Shown here in pieces: positions 10,001 to 20,056 of a stretch of DNA of 64,000 nucleotides; the stretch's first letter is position 1; each line of letters starts with the position of its first letter. The translations under genes were made by a program, and so were the position numbers. The DNA comes from Bacteroidia bacterium (GTDB taxonomy: Bacteria > Bacteroidota > Bacteroidia > NS11-12g > UBA955): contig JBDNFC010000016.1 of NCBI GenBank assembly GCA_041690035.1, positions 10,495 to 74,494 on the forward strand. Direction: 5' to 3'. A model generated the notes under the pieces. That model was given only the letters and a program-made list of their open reading frames with translations. It did not search any database and had not been told where the DNA came from.

Positions 10001-11164
10001 TTAATACTGACTTATCACACCGCTGCCTAGTAGCATGTCTTCTTTATACCAAGCTGCAAATTGCCCTGGAGCAATGGCACTTTGCACTTCTTTAAAAATT
10101 AGGTAAGCACCTCTATCTTGCATATATAAAGTAGCATCTTGCAATTTTTGTCTATACCTAGTTCTTGCCAATACTGCCATATTTTTACCTTTGCTAAGGG
10201 CTTGTTTGTGATTTATCCAATGTATTTCTTGTTGTGCAATAAATAAGCCTTTTCGCCACAATCCAGGATGATTTGCACCCATTCCGGCATAGAGTGTGTT
10301 GCTTTCTGCATCCAATCCAATCACAAAAAGTGGCAAAGCCATTCCGCCTACCAATAATCCTTTTCTTTGCCCAATGGTATAATTATGAATGCCTTTGTGA
10401 GTGCCTATAATCTTACCGTCTTCAGGTAAATAAATAAAAGGCTTTGCAAGATTTTCAATTGTGTTTTCTGTTTCTTTATATCCTATCCATTCTGGGTATA
10501 TGAGAACAATATTGCCAATTCGCGGCTTTAATTGCTGCTGCAAAAAATCTGGCAAACTCACTTTACCAATAAAACATAAGCCTTGAGAGTCTTTTTTTGC
10601 AGCAGTTGGCAATCCAGCAGATGTTGCTATTCTTCTTACCTCAGATTTTTGTAATTCGCCAATAGGAAATAATGCTTTTTCTATTTGAGATTGATTAACT
10701 TGACATAAAAAATAACTTTGGTCTTTATTTGCATCCATACCAGCATATAGCATTGGTCCATCTTCATTTTCTATTTTGCGCACATAATGCCCGGTGGCCA
10801 CAAAATCAGCACCTAATTTTATAGCAGCATCTAAAAATAAATCAAACTTTACCTCTCTGTTGCATAAAACATCTGGATTGGGGGTTCTGCCCATTTGATA
10901 TTCTGCAAACATGTAATCAACAATACGTTTTTTATATTCCTTGCTAAAATCAATTGTTTGAAAGGGGATACCTAGTTTTTCTGCTGTTAGCAAAGCATCT
11001 CTGCTATCATCTATCCATGCACACTCATTGTTTAATGTTACAGAATCATCATTCCAATTTCGCATGAAAACACCAATGACGTCATATCCTTGCTGCAAAA
11101 GCAAATATGCGGCCACAGAAGAATCTACCCCGCCAGAAAGTCCAACAACTACCCTTTTTTTCAA
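10001..11164 (-). CDS. mnmA: tRNA 2-thiouridine(34) synthase
   Basis: [22 protein letters not shown] (PP-loop) ... CNREVKF ... full length 387 aa. Confidence 0.9.
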   Translation of the reverse strand: MKKRVVVGLSGGVDSSVAAYLLLQQGYDVIGVFMRNWNDDSVTLNNECAWIDDSRDALLTAEKLGIPFQTIDFSKEYKKRIVDYMFAEYQMGRTPNPDVLCNREVKFDLFLDAAIKLGADFVATGHYVRKIENEDGPMLYAGMDANKDQSYFLCQVNQSQIEKALFPIGELQKSEVRRIATSAGLPTAAKKDSQGLCFIGKVSLPDFLQQQLKPRIGNIVLIYPEWIGYKETENTIENLAKPFIYLPEDGKIIGTHKGIHNYTIGQRKGLLVGGMALPLFVIGLDAESNTLYAGMGANHPGLWRKGLFIAQQEIHWINHKQALSKGKNMAVLARTRYRQKLQDATLYMQDRGAYLIFKEVQSAIAPGQFAAWYKEDMLLGSGVISQY

Positions 11165-11252
11165 GTTGCAAAGCTAATTTTTTTTTAGGAGAATATTGAA
11201 AAGTTTGAATGCTTTAGGTTAAAAACTTTGAGCAATTGATATTTATAAAAAC

Positions 11253-12461
11253 TTAGCTTGCCCAGCTTACAAAATATTTAGTCACCTTCTTTTTGAGGGC
11301 ATCTAAATTATAGTTATCAGATGCTTTGGCCACATCAATAATTTTGCCTGATTTTAATAAGATGCTAATATCCTCTCCTTCTTGTATATAGGCATCATTA
11401 AATAAAGTGCCTTGGGTAGAAAAAAAACTAGCATCAAAATCATTGAATCCATATTTTTCTTTTAACGCATTATGTTTACTTTTCATAAATTGCTCAGGTA
11501 TTTTTTTGTTACTTAATGTTATTTCCCATAAATTGCGGTGTAAAAATTGAATGCAAAGCATTTTTAGTACCAAGTCTTCTGCATAACAGCCTTGTTTAAT
11601 TACCAAATAAACGTCATTGTCATCTAGTTTTAAGAATTCATCTAGCATGGCTTGCTCATCATCTTGTTGCATTTTCAAAAAAGTATGCAAAGGCAAAGTA
11701 TCGGTTATGGATTTATTATTTAGCAAATGACTTAATCTTGCCACAATTTTTTGAAGCATTCCATCCGCTATCACCACTGTTTTGTGCAAATATACTTGCC
11801 AGTACATGAGCCTGCGTGCCACCAAAAATTTTTCTACACTATACACACCTTTTTCTTCAATCACTAATTCGTTGTTGGCTACATTTAGCATGTGTATTAG
11901 CCGCTCTGCACCTACAATACCCTCATTTACACCTGTATAAAAACTGTCCCTACTCAAGTAATCTAACCTATCCATATCTAATTGGCTGCTGATAAGCTGA
12001 TGTAAAAAACGTTTGGGATGGGTATTTAGAAAAATTGAAATTGTTAAATCTAGGGCACCATTAAATTCAAGGTTTAATTTATTCATAATGGCAAGACTTA
12101 TTTTTTCGTGATGAATATTTTTTACCAAAGTAAATTCTAAACTGTGAGAAAATGGCCCATGCCCAATATCATGCAGTAAAATACCGCAATAAATCGCTTC
12201 CTCTTCGGCTTTAGTAATGCTTACTGCTTTCTCACGCAATAACTCTATAGCTTTAGTCATTAAAAAAAACGCGCCAAGTGCATGGGCAAAACGGGTGTGA
12301 TTTGCCCCTGGATATACTAATTCTGTTAAGCCTAATTGTTTAATTCGTCTTAATCGCTGAAAATAGGGGTGTTCTATAATTTTAAAAATCAATGGATGGG
12401 CAATAGATATAAAGCCCCAAACTGGATCATTGATGATTTTATGTTTATTTATTTGTTTCAA
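11253..12461 (-). CDS. HD-domain phosphohydrolase (dGTPase-like)
   Basis: FAHALGAF...LLHDIGHGPFSH motif; 402 aa. Confidence 0.7.
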   Translation of the reverse strand: MKQINKHKIINDPVWGFISIAHPLIFKIIEHPYFQRLRRIKQLGLTELVYPGANHTRFAHALGAFFLMTKAIELLREKAVSITKAEEEAIYCGILLHDIGHGPFSHSLEFTLVKNIHHEKISLAIMNKLNLEFNGALDLTISIFLNTHPKRFLHQLISSQLDMDRLDYLSRDSFYTGVNEGIVGAERLIHMLNVANNELVIEEKGVYSVEKFLVARRLMYWQVYLHKTVVIADGMLQKIVARLSHLLNNKSITDTLPLHTFLKMQQDDEQAMLDEFLKLDDNDVYLVIKQGCYAEDLVLKMLCIQFLHRNLWEITLSNKKIPEQFMKSKHNALKEKYGFNDFDASFFSTQGTLFNDAYIQEGEDISILLKSGKIIDVAKASDNYNLDALKKKVTKYFVSWAS

Positions 12462-13596
12462 AAATATTAATATTATTGAGGTTCAATATTTTATTTACCA
12501 GCATTTCCCATGAAAATTTGAGACTTTCGGTTGCAACTGCTTTTTCAAAATTTTGTAAATTGTTATTTTTATACATAGTTTCTAATCCTTTTGCTATCTC
12601 ATCTTTATCTACCTTTACCACTAATCCTACTTTTTGATGCGGTACCAACTCTGCCAGCCCACCTACATCTGTTATCAGCATAGGTTTATGATAGAAATAA
12701 GCAATTTGAGTAACTCCACTTTGGGTAGCAGAAAGATAGGTTTGAGCAACAAAATCTGATGCACAAAAATAGTAGGGCACTTTTTTGTTGGGAATAAAAT
12801 CAGTGTGCAAAATAACATGTTCTTGTAATTTATAATGTGCAATTAAGTCTAAATAAGGTTTGCTATCTTCATAAAATTCGCCCGCAATAAGCAGTTTGCA
12901 TTTGTATTTTTTATAATCCATTGCTGCAAATGATTCAATGAGTAATTGCAAACCCTTGTATTTTCTGATAAAACCAAAAAACAAGATATAATTGAATTTG
13001 GGGTCTAAGCCTAGTATGTTTTTTGCATCAGGCATTGGCATTGCGGGGCCAAAATCGTCATAAAGTGGATGTGGAATAAAGGCTTTAGACTTTTTATGAT
13101 CAAATAAATCAATATCAGCCAATACTTTTCTGCTCATGGCTACAAAACTGCCTATGGGTTTTAAAAAATAGCGGGTAAGCAAAGTGTCTCCAAATCGTCT
13201 TTCGTGAGGAACAATATTATCTGTTATAGCAGTAATTTTAGTTTTTTTATTAAGCGCAATTAAACGTGCAATTGTGCCAAATGCAGGCGCCATAAACGGC
13301 ATCCAATACCTAAAAATAACAAGGTCTGCATTTATCTTTTTATAACGCATGCCTACTTTTATCCAATTAAATGGATTAATACTATTAATGGCAGAATCTA
13401 TTTTTAAGTTCGGTGCAGGTGTATCAGAATATTGTGTTTTTCCTGGAAAAAGAAAGGTAGGATATTGAAGTTTAAATGATAAAAGTACAACATCAAATCC
13501 TTGTGCTTCGAAGGCGCGTGCAAGCCTTTCATTATAGGTTGCCAAGCCGCCTCTCAAAGGGTAAGCAGGGCCTATAATAATTACTTTTTTAGACAT
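12445..13596 (-). CDS. Glycosyltransferase family 4 (GT-B)
   Basis: 383 aa; N-term KKVIIIGPAYPLRGGLATY, C-term E-x7-E-like region typical of GT4. Confidence 0.7.
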   Translation of the reverse strand: MSKKVIIIGPAYPLRGGLATYNERLARAFEAQGFDVVLLSFKLQYPTFLFPGKTQYSDTPAPNLKIDSAINSINPFNWIKVGMRYKKINADLVIFRYWMPFMAPAFGTIARLIALNKKTKITAITDNIVPHERRFGDTLLTRYFLKPIGSFVAMSRKVLADIDLFDHKKSKAFIPHPLYDDFGPAMPMPDAKNILGLDPKFNYILFFGFIRKYKGLQLLIESFAAMDYKKYKCKLLIAGEFYEDSKPYLDLIAHYKLQEHVILHTDFIPNKKVPYYFCASDFVAQTYLSATQSGVTQIAYFYHKPMLITDVGGLAELVPHQKVGLVVKVDKDEIAKGLETMYKNNNLQNFEKAVATESLKFSWEMLVNKILNLNNINIFETNK

Positions 13597-14595
13597 TTAT
13601 GGATTATCAAAAGTAGTTGCAGATATATTGTATTTATTGCGTTCTTGATTATTTCTGCTCACTAACTCTCCTAAAAATCCAGCAGTAAATAACTGAACAC
13701 CAATAATCATGCAACAAAGTGCAATATAAAAATATGGGTTTTCTGCTATTAATTGCCTGTTTTGTTGATGATAAATTGCCCAAAGTTTTGCAAAGCCAAT
13801 AAAAGCTGTAATAAAAAAACCAACCATAAAACTAATTGTGCCTAATACCCCAAAAAAGTGCATTGGCTTTTTGCCGAATTTACCAACAAAAAATATACTT
13901 AACAAATCAAGAAAGCCATTGACAAAACGCTCTAATCCGAACTTAGTTGTTCCATATTTTCTTGCCCTATGTTGCACCACATGTTCGCCTATTTTAGAAA
14001 AACCTTGCCATTTTGCAATCACAGGAATATACCGATGCATTTCGCCATACACCTCAATATTTTTTACCACTTCTTTTTTATAAGCTTTAAGCCCACAATT
14101 AAAATCATTTAGTTTTATTCCACTTATGGCCCTTGTGGCAGCATTAAATAATTTTGTTGGAATAGTTTTAGTAATTGGGTCGTAACGCTTTTTTTTCCAG
14201 CCACTTATTAGGTCATAATCTTCGTCTATAATTCTTTTGTACATGGCTGGCAACTCTTCTGGACTGTCTTGCAAATCTGCATCCATCGTAAAAATAACAT
14301 TGCCAACACATGTCTCAAAACCAACATTGAGGGCTGCGCTTTTGCCATAATTGCTTCTAAATTTAATGCCTTTTACCGAGGCGTTATTTTTTGCTAAGGT
14401 GTTTATTATTTCCCAAGATTTGTCTTTGCTGCCGTCATCAATAAAAATAATTTCATAAGTAAAATTACTTGCTGTCATTACGTTTACGATCCAATCATGC
14501 AACTCTGGCAATGACTCATCTTCATTTAATAAAGGTATAATAATTGATATATCAATCATGCGATTCTGCTCTTTTAAAACCAAATATGGCTGCAA
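13597..14595 (-). CDS. Glycosyltransferase family 2 (polyprenyl-phosphate sugar synthase-like, with C-terminal TM helices); probable true start at Met 14559
   Basis: MIDISIIIPLLNEDESLPEL...IFIDDGSKDKSWEI...DADLQDSPEE (DXD/GT-A signature), hydrophobic C-terminus. Confidence 0.75.
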   Translation of the reverse strand: MQPYLVLKEQNRMIDISIIIPLLNEDESLPELHDWIVNVMTASNFTYEIIFIDDGSKDKSWEIINTLAKNNASVKGIKFRSNYGKSAALNVGFETCVGNVIFTMDADLQDSPEELPAMYKRIIDEDYDLISGWKKKRYDPITKTIPTKLFNAATRAISGIKLNDFNCGLKAYKKEVVKNIEVYGEMHRYIPVIAKWQGFSKIGEHVVQHRARKYGTTKFGLERFVNGFLDLLSIFFVGKFGKKPMHFFGVLGTISFMVGFFITAFIGFAKLWAIYHQQNRQLIAENPYFYIALCCMIIGVQLFTAGFLGELVSRNNQERNKYNISATTFDNP

Positions 14596-15121
14596 ATAAT
14601 GAAAGTAACAAACTTATAAACCCTGTTTTTAAAACCAATAATAAAAAAGTATTTAAGGGAGTTTTTAAAGGTTTATATTCCACTTTTTCAGCTTCTGTAA
14701 GGTATTTTTGATGCTGATTTAATTCCTCTGCATTATATTTTGGCTTATTGTCAGGTGTTTTTTCTAACTTAGATTTTTCTACAAAATCTTGCCATAATTT
14801 TACTAAAATTTCTTTTTCCATAACTGAAACGTTAGAAAATATTGCTCTTTTTAAAATTATTTTTGAAGTTTCACTTAAACCAATAGCTACTGCTCCCATA
14901 ATAAAAGTAGCAATAAAAGCCTCATGATATAAAATAGGCCCTTCATTTTCTTTTTTGTAGGTGATGTTATAAAAAAGCATTAGGGCAAGCGTTACGCCCA
15001 AAAGCAAAGACCAAGGTAAAAATCCTGTCATCAGCTTTGGTGCAAAAGCACAGAAAATGGTATAAATTACAGTCATAAAAATGCTGATTACAATGCCATA
15101 TTTTAAACTTATATTTTTCAT
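14552..15121 (-). CDS. DUF4199-like small membrane protein (Bacteroidota-specific, usually adjacent to this GT2)
   Basis: 189 aa, 4 predicted TM segments, conserved synteny GT2-DUF4199-dihydroorotase-like. Confidence 0.5.
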   Translation of the reverse strand: MKNISLKYGIVISIFMTVIYTIFCAFAPKLMTGFLPWSLLLGVTLALMLFYNITYKKENEGPILYHEAFIATFIMGAVAIGLSETSKIILKRAIFSNVSVMEKEILVKLWQDFVEKSKLEKTPDNKPKYNAEELNQHQKYLTEAEKVEYKPLKTPLNTFLLLVLKTGFISLLLSLFAAIFGFKRAESHD

Positions 15122-16344
15122 TAATTTTTAGTTGCTATAATTTTTCCGATTAGTGTTTGATTAAAAAGCGGTGAGTTTGACGATAAACTTAGGTTACTAT
15201 ATTTATTAAAATCCCATTCTGCTTCAGTATCAATAAGCAAGCTCTTTGTTGGCAGGTTGATTTCAAGAATTTTAGAAGGATTGATACAAGTTACTTGAAC
15301 AAATTTTTGCCAGCCTATTTCATTGATTACATTTTTTAAAGCCATTGGGATAAATGTTTGCCAACTAATGGCACCATAATGCGCAAAGTCAAATTCACAC
15401 TGTTTTTGTTCAATTATTTTTGGCTGATGAAAACTGCTTATAGCATCAATTACACCATCTTTTAATCCTGCTAACAGTGCTTTTTGGTCTGTTTTGGTGC
15501 GCAAAAAAGGAAATAATTTTAAGTTTGAATCAAAATTTGCTAAATCGGTATCTAAAAATGCTAAACTAAATATACTCACATCGCAAGTTATAGGAAGTCC
15601 CATTTTTTTTGCATTTTTAATTAATGCAATACTATTTGCTGTGCTAACACCAGAAATATGAAGTTTTGCACAGTTATATGCAGCAATATTAATATCTCTT
15701 TCTACCATTAAGTATTCTGACATTTCAGGTGCACCGTTAAGCCCTAGCTGGGTATTAAATGCGGTTTCTGCAACTTGTGCATTTACAGTAAAACCGGCAT
15801 CATAGCAGTGGGTAAAGGTGAGCCCATCAAAATTAGCAATATATTGCTGTATCCGCTGCATTATTCCACTTTCTAAACTTGTAAAATTGGGGTTTGCAAA
15901 CCCTACAGCTCCTGCAGTGTGCATTTCAAACACATTTTGCATTGCTTTATTTTTGATGTCTATGTATGCTCCAATGGGCAAAAAATTAAATCCATGTTCT
16001 TTACTTTTATTAAGTAAAAATAGAATATCTTCTTTATTTTTTATTACTTTTTGTTCATTGCTGTGCATGGCAGCAGCAACAAATCCGCCTTGACTTGCAG
16101 CTTTTGCCGCGGTTGCGATGGTTTCTGCCAGATCGTCTCCAGGCTCGCCCAAATATGCTTTTAGGTCTATCATTGCTGGGATGATAACATGCTTGACATT
16201 GCTTGCTATTTTTGATGACGGATTGATTTTGCCAATAGTAAAATGGTTTTTTGATATAGAAATATCACCTATATTTACAGTATTGTCTATATTATAAATA
16301 GGTACATTCTGAATGATTTGGTTATCCATTGACTGATTTTTCAT
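15121..16344 (-). CDS. Dihydroorotase-like amidohydrolase (probably non-catalytic: HxH metal motif replaced)
   Basis: 407 aa; VIIPAMIDLKAYLGEPGDD aligns to DHOase LxxPGxIDxHVHxREPG but lacks both His. Confidence 0.6.
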   Translation of the reverse strand: MKNQSMDNQIIQNVPIYNIDNTVNIGDISISKNHFTIGKINPSSKIASNVKHVIIPAMIDLKAYLGEPGDDLAETIATAAKAASQGGFVAAAMHSNEQKVIKNKEDILFLLNKSKEHGFNFLPIGAYIDIKNKAMQNVFEMHTAGAVGFANPNFTSLESGIMQRIQQYIANFDGLTFTHCYDAGFTVNAQVAETAFNTQLGLNGAPEMSEYLMVERDINIAAYNCAKLHISGVSTANSIALIKNAKKMGLPITCDVSIFSLAFLDTDLANFDSNLKLFPFLRTKTDQKALLAGLKDGVIDAISSFHQPKIIEQKQCEFDFAHYGAISWQTFIPMALKNVINEIGWQKFVQVTCINPSKILEINLPTKSLLIDTEAEWDFNKYSNLSLSSNSPLFNQTLIGKIIATKN

Positions 16345-18323
16345 TTTAAATAGCGCAGCAAAAATATCTCAATTAATATAAAAACCAATGCAAAAACAAT
16401 AAACCATTTCCAACTTGTATTAATAATCCCTCTATTTTGAGCAATTACGGGTAAATTCTGCATATTATTTATAACTAAAGTAGATTGAGTAATAGCGGTA
16501 TATTGTTGCATTTGGTCTATGGTGGCATAGGATGGATTAGATTCTTTTCGGTCAATATTTAATGCAATTTTACCTAATAATTTTTTTGTAGCTACTTCTC
16601 CAGAAATAATGCTATACACTCCTGCATCTTGCATTTCTTTGGCAGGATATAAAAATGTATTGTCGCCATTATTGCTTATTTCTGTTGTAAAAGATTTGTT
16701 TTTTAATAAAAGCTGATAACGCTCTTCGCTTGTTTTTTTAATTTCTGATATAATTATAGCGCCATTATTTTTTTCGTCATGCAGCCAACTAAATATTGGA
16801 AGATTTGAGGAATTGCTATACATTGATTTTGCTATTGTTGGGTAAAATAGATATCCCACAAGCGGAAACTCTGACCAAGTTGTGCTAATTGCAATGGCAC
16901 TTTGATAAACATGGCCACGGCCTTGCACAAAATCTATGAAAATCGGGCTCTCATTGCTGTTACTCAATATTGATTTGCCTGTGCCTTGTGTGCTAATAGA
17001 AAAATATTTGGAAACCATAGGACTTATGGGGTTATTGGGTACCGATTTATACACATTGGTATACAAAGGATGGTTAAAGTCTATTTTTGATATTTGCTGC
17101 GACTCAGTGATTAAATTGCTCCATTTGCTTACACCTAGGTTAGAAAAATCTGCCTGAATGCCTTGCTCTGATGGAATTAACAATATATTTCCACCCTCTA
17201 TTACAAAATTTTTAAGCAATCCATTATTATCTATTCCTTGCACATATCCATTTATAATAATACCAGAGAAAATTGTTACATCATTTGGCAGTTTACTTGC
17301 CTTTATAATTTCAAAATTGGTTTCAGTTTTTAGCACAGTTTCAATATACTTATTAGTTTCTCCCAAGTATAAAATTTTCTTTTTGGCTTGGCTATTTTTT
17401 TGATAAAAGTAAAGGGTGTTATCAAAGTCAAAATCTTTGCTTTCTATTACTAAATAGCCTTCTAAGTCTTCATCGGCCTTTCGACTTATTGCAATGCTTG
17501 TTTCCTTTGTTTGATTTGCCCCTATACTTAGGGTAATGGTGCCCATTGCTTTTCCACCAATATAGGATATAATTGGTATATCTGTTAAATCTTGAAGCCC
17601 ATTATTTTTTAAAACTATATTTAATGTTACCGAATTTTTATCATTGCCTAATAGATCTGATAAATATGCGCTATCTATAGCTAAATTTGTTGTCACACTA
17701 TTGGGTATTGGGTTAAAATAATAATTGTTTAAGGGCAGTTTAATATTGCCAAAATCTATAAAGCCTTTTTGAAAATCACTGATAACAAAGATACTCACTT
17801 CGCCCATATCTTTGTTGTTCAATTCTGAAATTGTTTGATTTAAACTGCTAAAAATTGGTGAACTTGCAACGCATTGTAATTCATCTATTTTTTTGATAGC
17901 ATCACTTTTTGCACTAAATGTTTCGGGATTTAATCCTGCAGTTATAAGCGTGATTTTATCTTTGCTATTTAGCAAATCTATGAGAGATCTTGCATTATTT
18001 TTTGCCTTTTCTAAAGATTTAGACATACTATAAGTGTTATCTAAATATATTACCACATGCTTGGGCAAGCCCTGTGCCTTTTTTTTGCCGCAATAAGGTA
18101 TTGTAAATGCCATTATTAGAAAAGAAAAAAAACCCATCCTACTTGCTAAAATCAAGTATTTTTTCAGCTCTTTGATTTTTTTAGTTTGATTTTCTACTTT
18201 TTGAAGAAACTGTATATTAGAGAAAATAATGGTCTTATATTTCCTAAAATTAAACAGGTGAACAATTATTGGAATGGCAAGCAATAAAAGCCACCAAAGC
18301 ATATTTGGATTTGAAAAATGCAA
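16341..18323 (-). CDS. BatA-like protein with N-terminal double-transmembrane domain
   Basis: MHFSNPNMLWWLLLLAIPIIVHLFNFRK matches TIGR02226-type N-terminus; 660 aa. Confidence 0.55.
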   Translation of the reverse strand: MHFSNPNMLWWLLLLAIPIIVHLFNFRKYKTIIFSNIQFLQKVENQTKKIKELKKYLILASRMGFFSFLIMAFTIPYCGKKKAQGLPKHVVIYLDNTYSMSKSLEKAKNNARSLIDLLNSKDKITLITAGLNPETFSAKSDAIKKIDELQCVASSPIFSSLNQTISELNNKDMGEVSIFVISDFQKGFIDFGNIKLPLNNYYFNPIPNSVTTNLAIDSAYLSDLLGNDKNSVTLNIVLKNNGLQDLTDIPIISYIGGKAMGTITLSIGANQTKETSIAISRKADEDLEGYLVIESKDFDFDNTLYFYQKNSQAKKKILYLGETNKYIETVLKTETNFEIIKASKLPNDVTIFSGIIINGYVQGIDNNGLLKNFVIEGGNILLIPSEQGIQADFSNLGVSKWSNLITESQQISKIDFNHPLYTNVYKSVPNNPISPMVSKYFSISTQGTGKSILSNSNESPIFIDFVQGRGHVYQSAIAISTTWSEFPLVGYLFYPTIAKSMYSNSSNLPIFSWLHDEKNNGAIIISEIKKTSEERYQLLLKNKSFTTEISNNGDNTFLYPAKEMQDAGVYSIISGEVATKKLLGKIALNIDRKESNPSYATIDQMQQYTAITQSTLVINNMQNLPVIAQNRGIINTSWKWFIVFALVFILIEIFLLRYLK

Positions 18324-18418
18324 GTAGGCAAAAATAAGGGAAAAAAATGGTATTGTTGTTTAAAAATTTTTAAATTTAGCAGCAAATAATTAGGTAAAAA
18401 ACCTATAATATTGCATAG

Positions 18419-19168
18419 ATGAATAAAGAAAGTTGGATACCAGCAATAACTTTGCCTATCTATGCTGTATTTTTTATTGCAGAATTGATAGTTAGTGGCA
18501 AGCAACGTCAGCATAGATATCATTTTAAAGAAACTAGTATTTCTATTTGGTCAACCATTTTGGGCGGTTTTTTTGATGCGATTGCACTTTTCATTTGTTT
18601 TTTGGCATTAGATTTTTTTAATGATCATGCAATTTTTCAAACCTCTTTGCAAATTTACTATCCATTAATAGGGTGGACAATAGTATTCATTACTCAAGAT
18701 TTATTCTTTTATTGGCTTCATAGATCAATGCACAATATACGCTTGTTATGGGCTGCACACAGCAATCATCACAGCAGTGCACATTTTAACTTTTCTATAG
18801 CATTAAAAAGCTTTGTTTTTCAGCCTTTTTATCGTTTTGTTTTTTACATTTCCATCGCCTTTTTAGGTTTTGAAGGCACTACCATTAAGCTAGTTTATGC
18901 CATCAATCAGGTATATCAGTTTTTTCTGCACACTGAGTATGGCGGTATGATGCAAAATTGGAAAAAAATATTTGGTCCTTTTCGGTTAAAGTTAAAAATA
19001 GAAAGGCCCATTTATGGATTAACACAAAACATCAAAAATTTTCACCCTTTAAAATCTTTGATTAAAGAATTTGAACGCATCATATTAGATATTATAATAT
19101 CAAAAAAGATTTCCGAAAAAACTAGTTATCCTTATAACAAACCTTATTGGAAACCTGCAAGCATATAA
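18419..19168 (+). CDS. Fatty-acid hydroxylase / sterol desaturase family membrane protein (third His box degenerate)
   Basis: HRSMH and LWAAHSNHHSS His boxes present; expected third HxxHH replaced by LHTEYGG. Confidence 0.55.
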   Translation: MNKESWIPAITLPIYAVFFIAELIVSGKQRQHRYHFKETSISIWSTILGGFFDAIALFICFLALDFFNDHAIFQTSLQIYYPLIGWTIVFITQDLFFYWLHRSMHNIRLLWAAHSNHHSSAHFNFSIALKSFVFQPFYRFVFYISIAFLGFEGTTIKLVYAINQVYQFFLHTEYGGMMQNWKKIFGPFRLKLKIERPIYGLTQNIKNFHPLKSLIKEFERIILDIIISKKISEKTSYPYNKPYWKPASI

Positions 19169-19179
19169 ATTGTTGTATT

Positions 19180-19536
19180 ATGAGAATAAGACTTTTTCAG
19201 GAAATATCAATGTTAAATTTAGCTGAAAACATGAAATTAAACAACCCTCAATTTGTTTTATATTTGCATAGTTTTTTTCATAAAATTGATTTTGTTGCTT
19301 TAGAAAAATATGACGCAATTGTGAGCCAACTTCTAACTAAATTTCATGAAAGTATTCAAGGATTGATTGTGCTTTTATTACATGCTGCAAATAGTTTAAC
19401 TGCTAACAATTGTGTGTTAATACCACCTATAACTAATCCCAATAGTTCAAAATACTATTTCAAAGGGCGTATTTTTGAAATCTCTATATTATCTATTATT
19501 TTGCTAAACACCGTGCAAGAATTCTTTAAAAATTAA
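19180..19536 (+). CDS. Hypothetical small protein (weak call)
   Basis: ORF 19147-19536, plausible Met at 19180; no recognisable motif; ends 8 bp before the phosphoesterase coding region. Confidence 0.2.
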   Translation: MRIRLFQEISMLNLAENMKLNNPQFVLYLHSFFHKIDFVALEKYDAIVSQLLTKFHESIQGLIVLLLHAANSLTANNCVLIPPITNPNSSKYYFKGRIFEISILSIILLNTVQEFFKN

Positions 19537-19543
19537 AAATACC

Positions 19544-20056
19544 ATTATCAAAAAAATACTCATTTTATCAGATACCCATGGGCTTGTAAAGCAAGACATT
19601 TTAGATTTCGCACAAAAAGCGGATGAGGTTTGGCATGCAGGCGATTGGCTAACATTTGACCTTATTGATGCCTTAACTGCTATTAAGCCATTGGTAGGTG
19701 TTTATGGCAATATTGATAATCCTATGATAAAAAAGACTTTACCAGAATATATTGTTTTTTATTGTGAAGGATTAAAGGTTTTGATGCTCCACATTGGAGG
19801 CTATCCAGGCAAATATAATGTAAGAACTAATTTTTTAATTACACAGCATCAACCCAAATTGGTTATTTGCGGCCATAGTCATATTTTAAAGGTAATAAGG
19901 GATACAAAAAAGAATCATTTACACATCAATCCAGGGGCAGCTGGAGTGCATGGATTTCATAAAGTGAGAACAATGGTGCGATTAAAAATAGAAAATGGTA
20001 GAATTTTTGATGTAGAAGTAATAGAATTAGGTGGCCTTACGTTAAATGAAGTATAA
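19544..20056 (+). CDS. YfcE/MJ0936-type metallophosphoesterase; no ATG/GTG/TTG start upstream of conserved DTHG motif (ATT 19544 or ATC 19547 possible rare start, or start-codon pseudogene)
   Basis: In-frame I-I-K-K-I-L-I-L-S-D-T-H-G-L...WHAGDW...GNID...CGHSH; in-frame stop TAA 19505-19507 leaves no canonical initiator; ORF-track start TTG 19691 is internal. Confidence 0.55.
   Translation: MIKKILILSDTHGLVKQDILDFAQKADEVWHAGDWLTFDLIDALTAIKPLVGVYGNIDNPMIKKTLPEYIVFYCEGLKVLMLHIGGYPGKYNVRTNFLITQHQPKLVICGHSHILKVIRDTKKNHLHINPGAAGVHGFHKVRTMVRLKIENGRIFDVEVIELGGLTLNEV

Noticed and set aside
14552-14595. 44-bp overlap between GT2 and DUF4199 ORFs
   Set aside because: Probably an artefact of the extended ORF call. 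The conserved GT2 N-terminus starts at Met 14559, reducing the overlap to 8 bp.
19147-19536. ORF 19147-19536 fused to the phosphoesterase as one gene
   Set aside because: It is in a different frame from the phosphoesterase. The phosphoesterase length (170 aa from 19544) already matches stand-alone YfcE proteins. Kept only as a weak hypothetical CDS.
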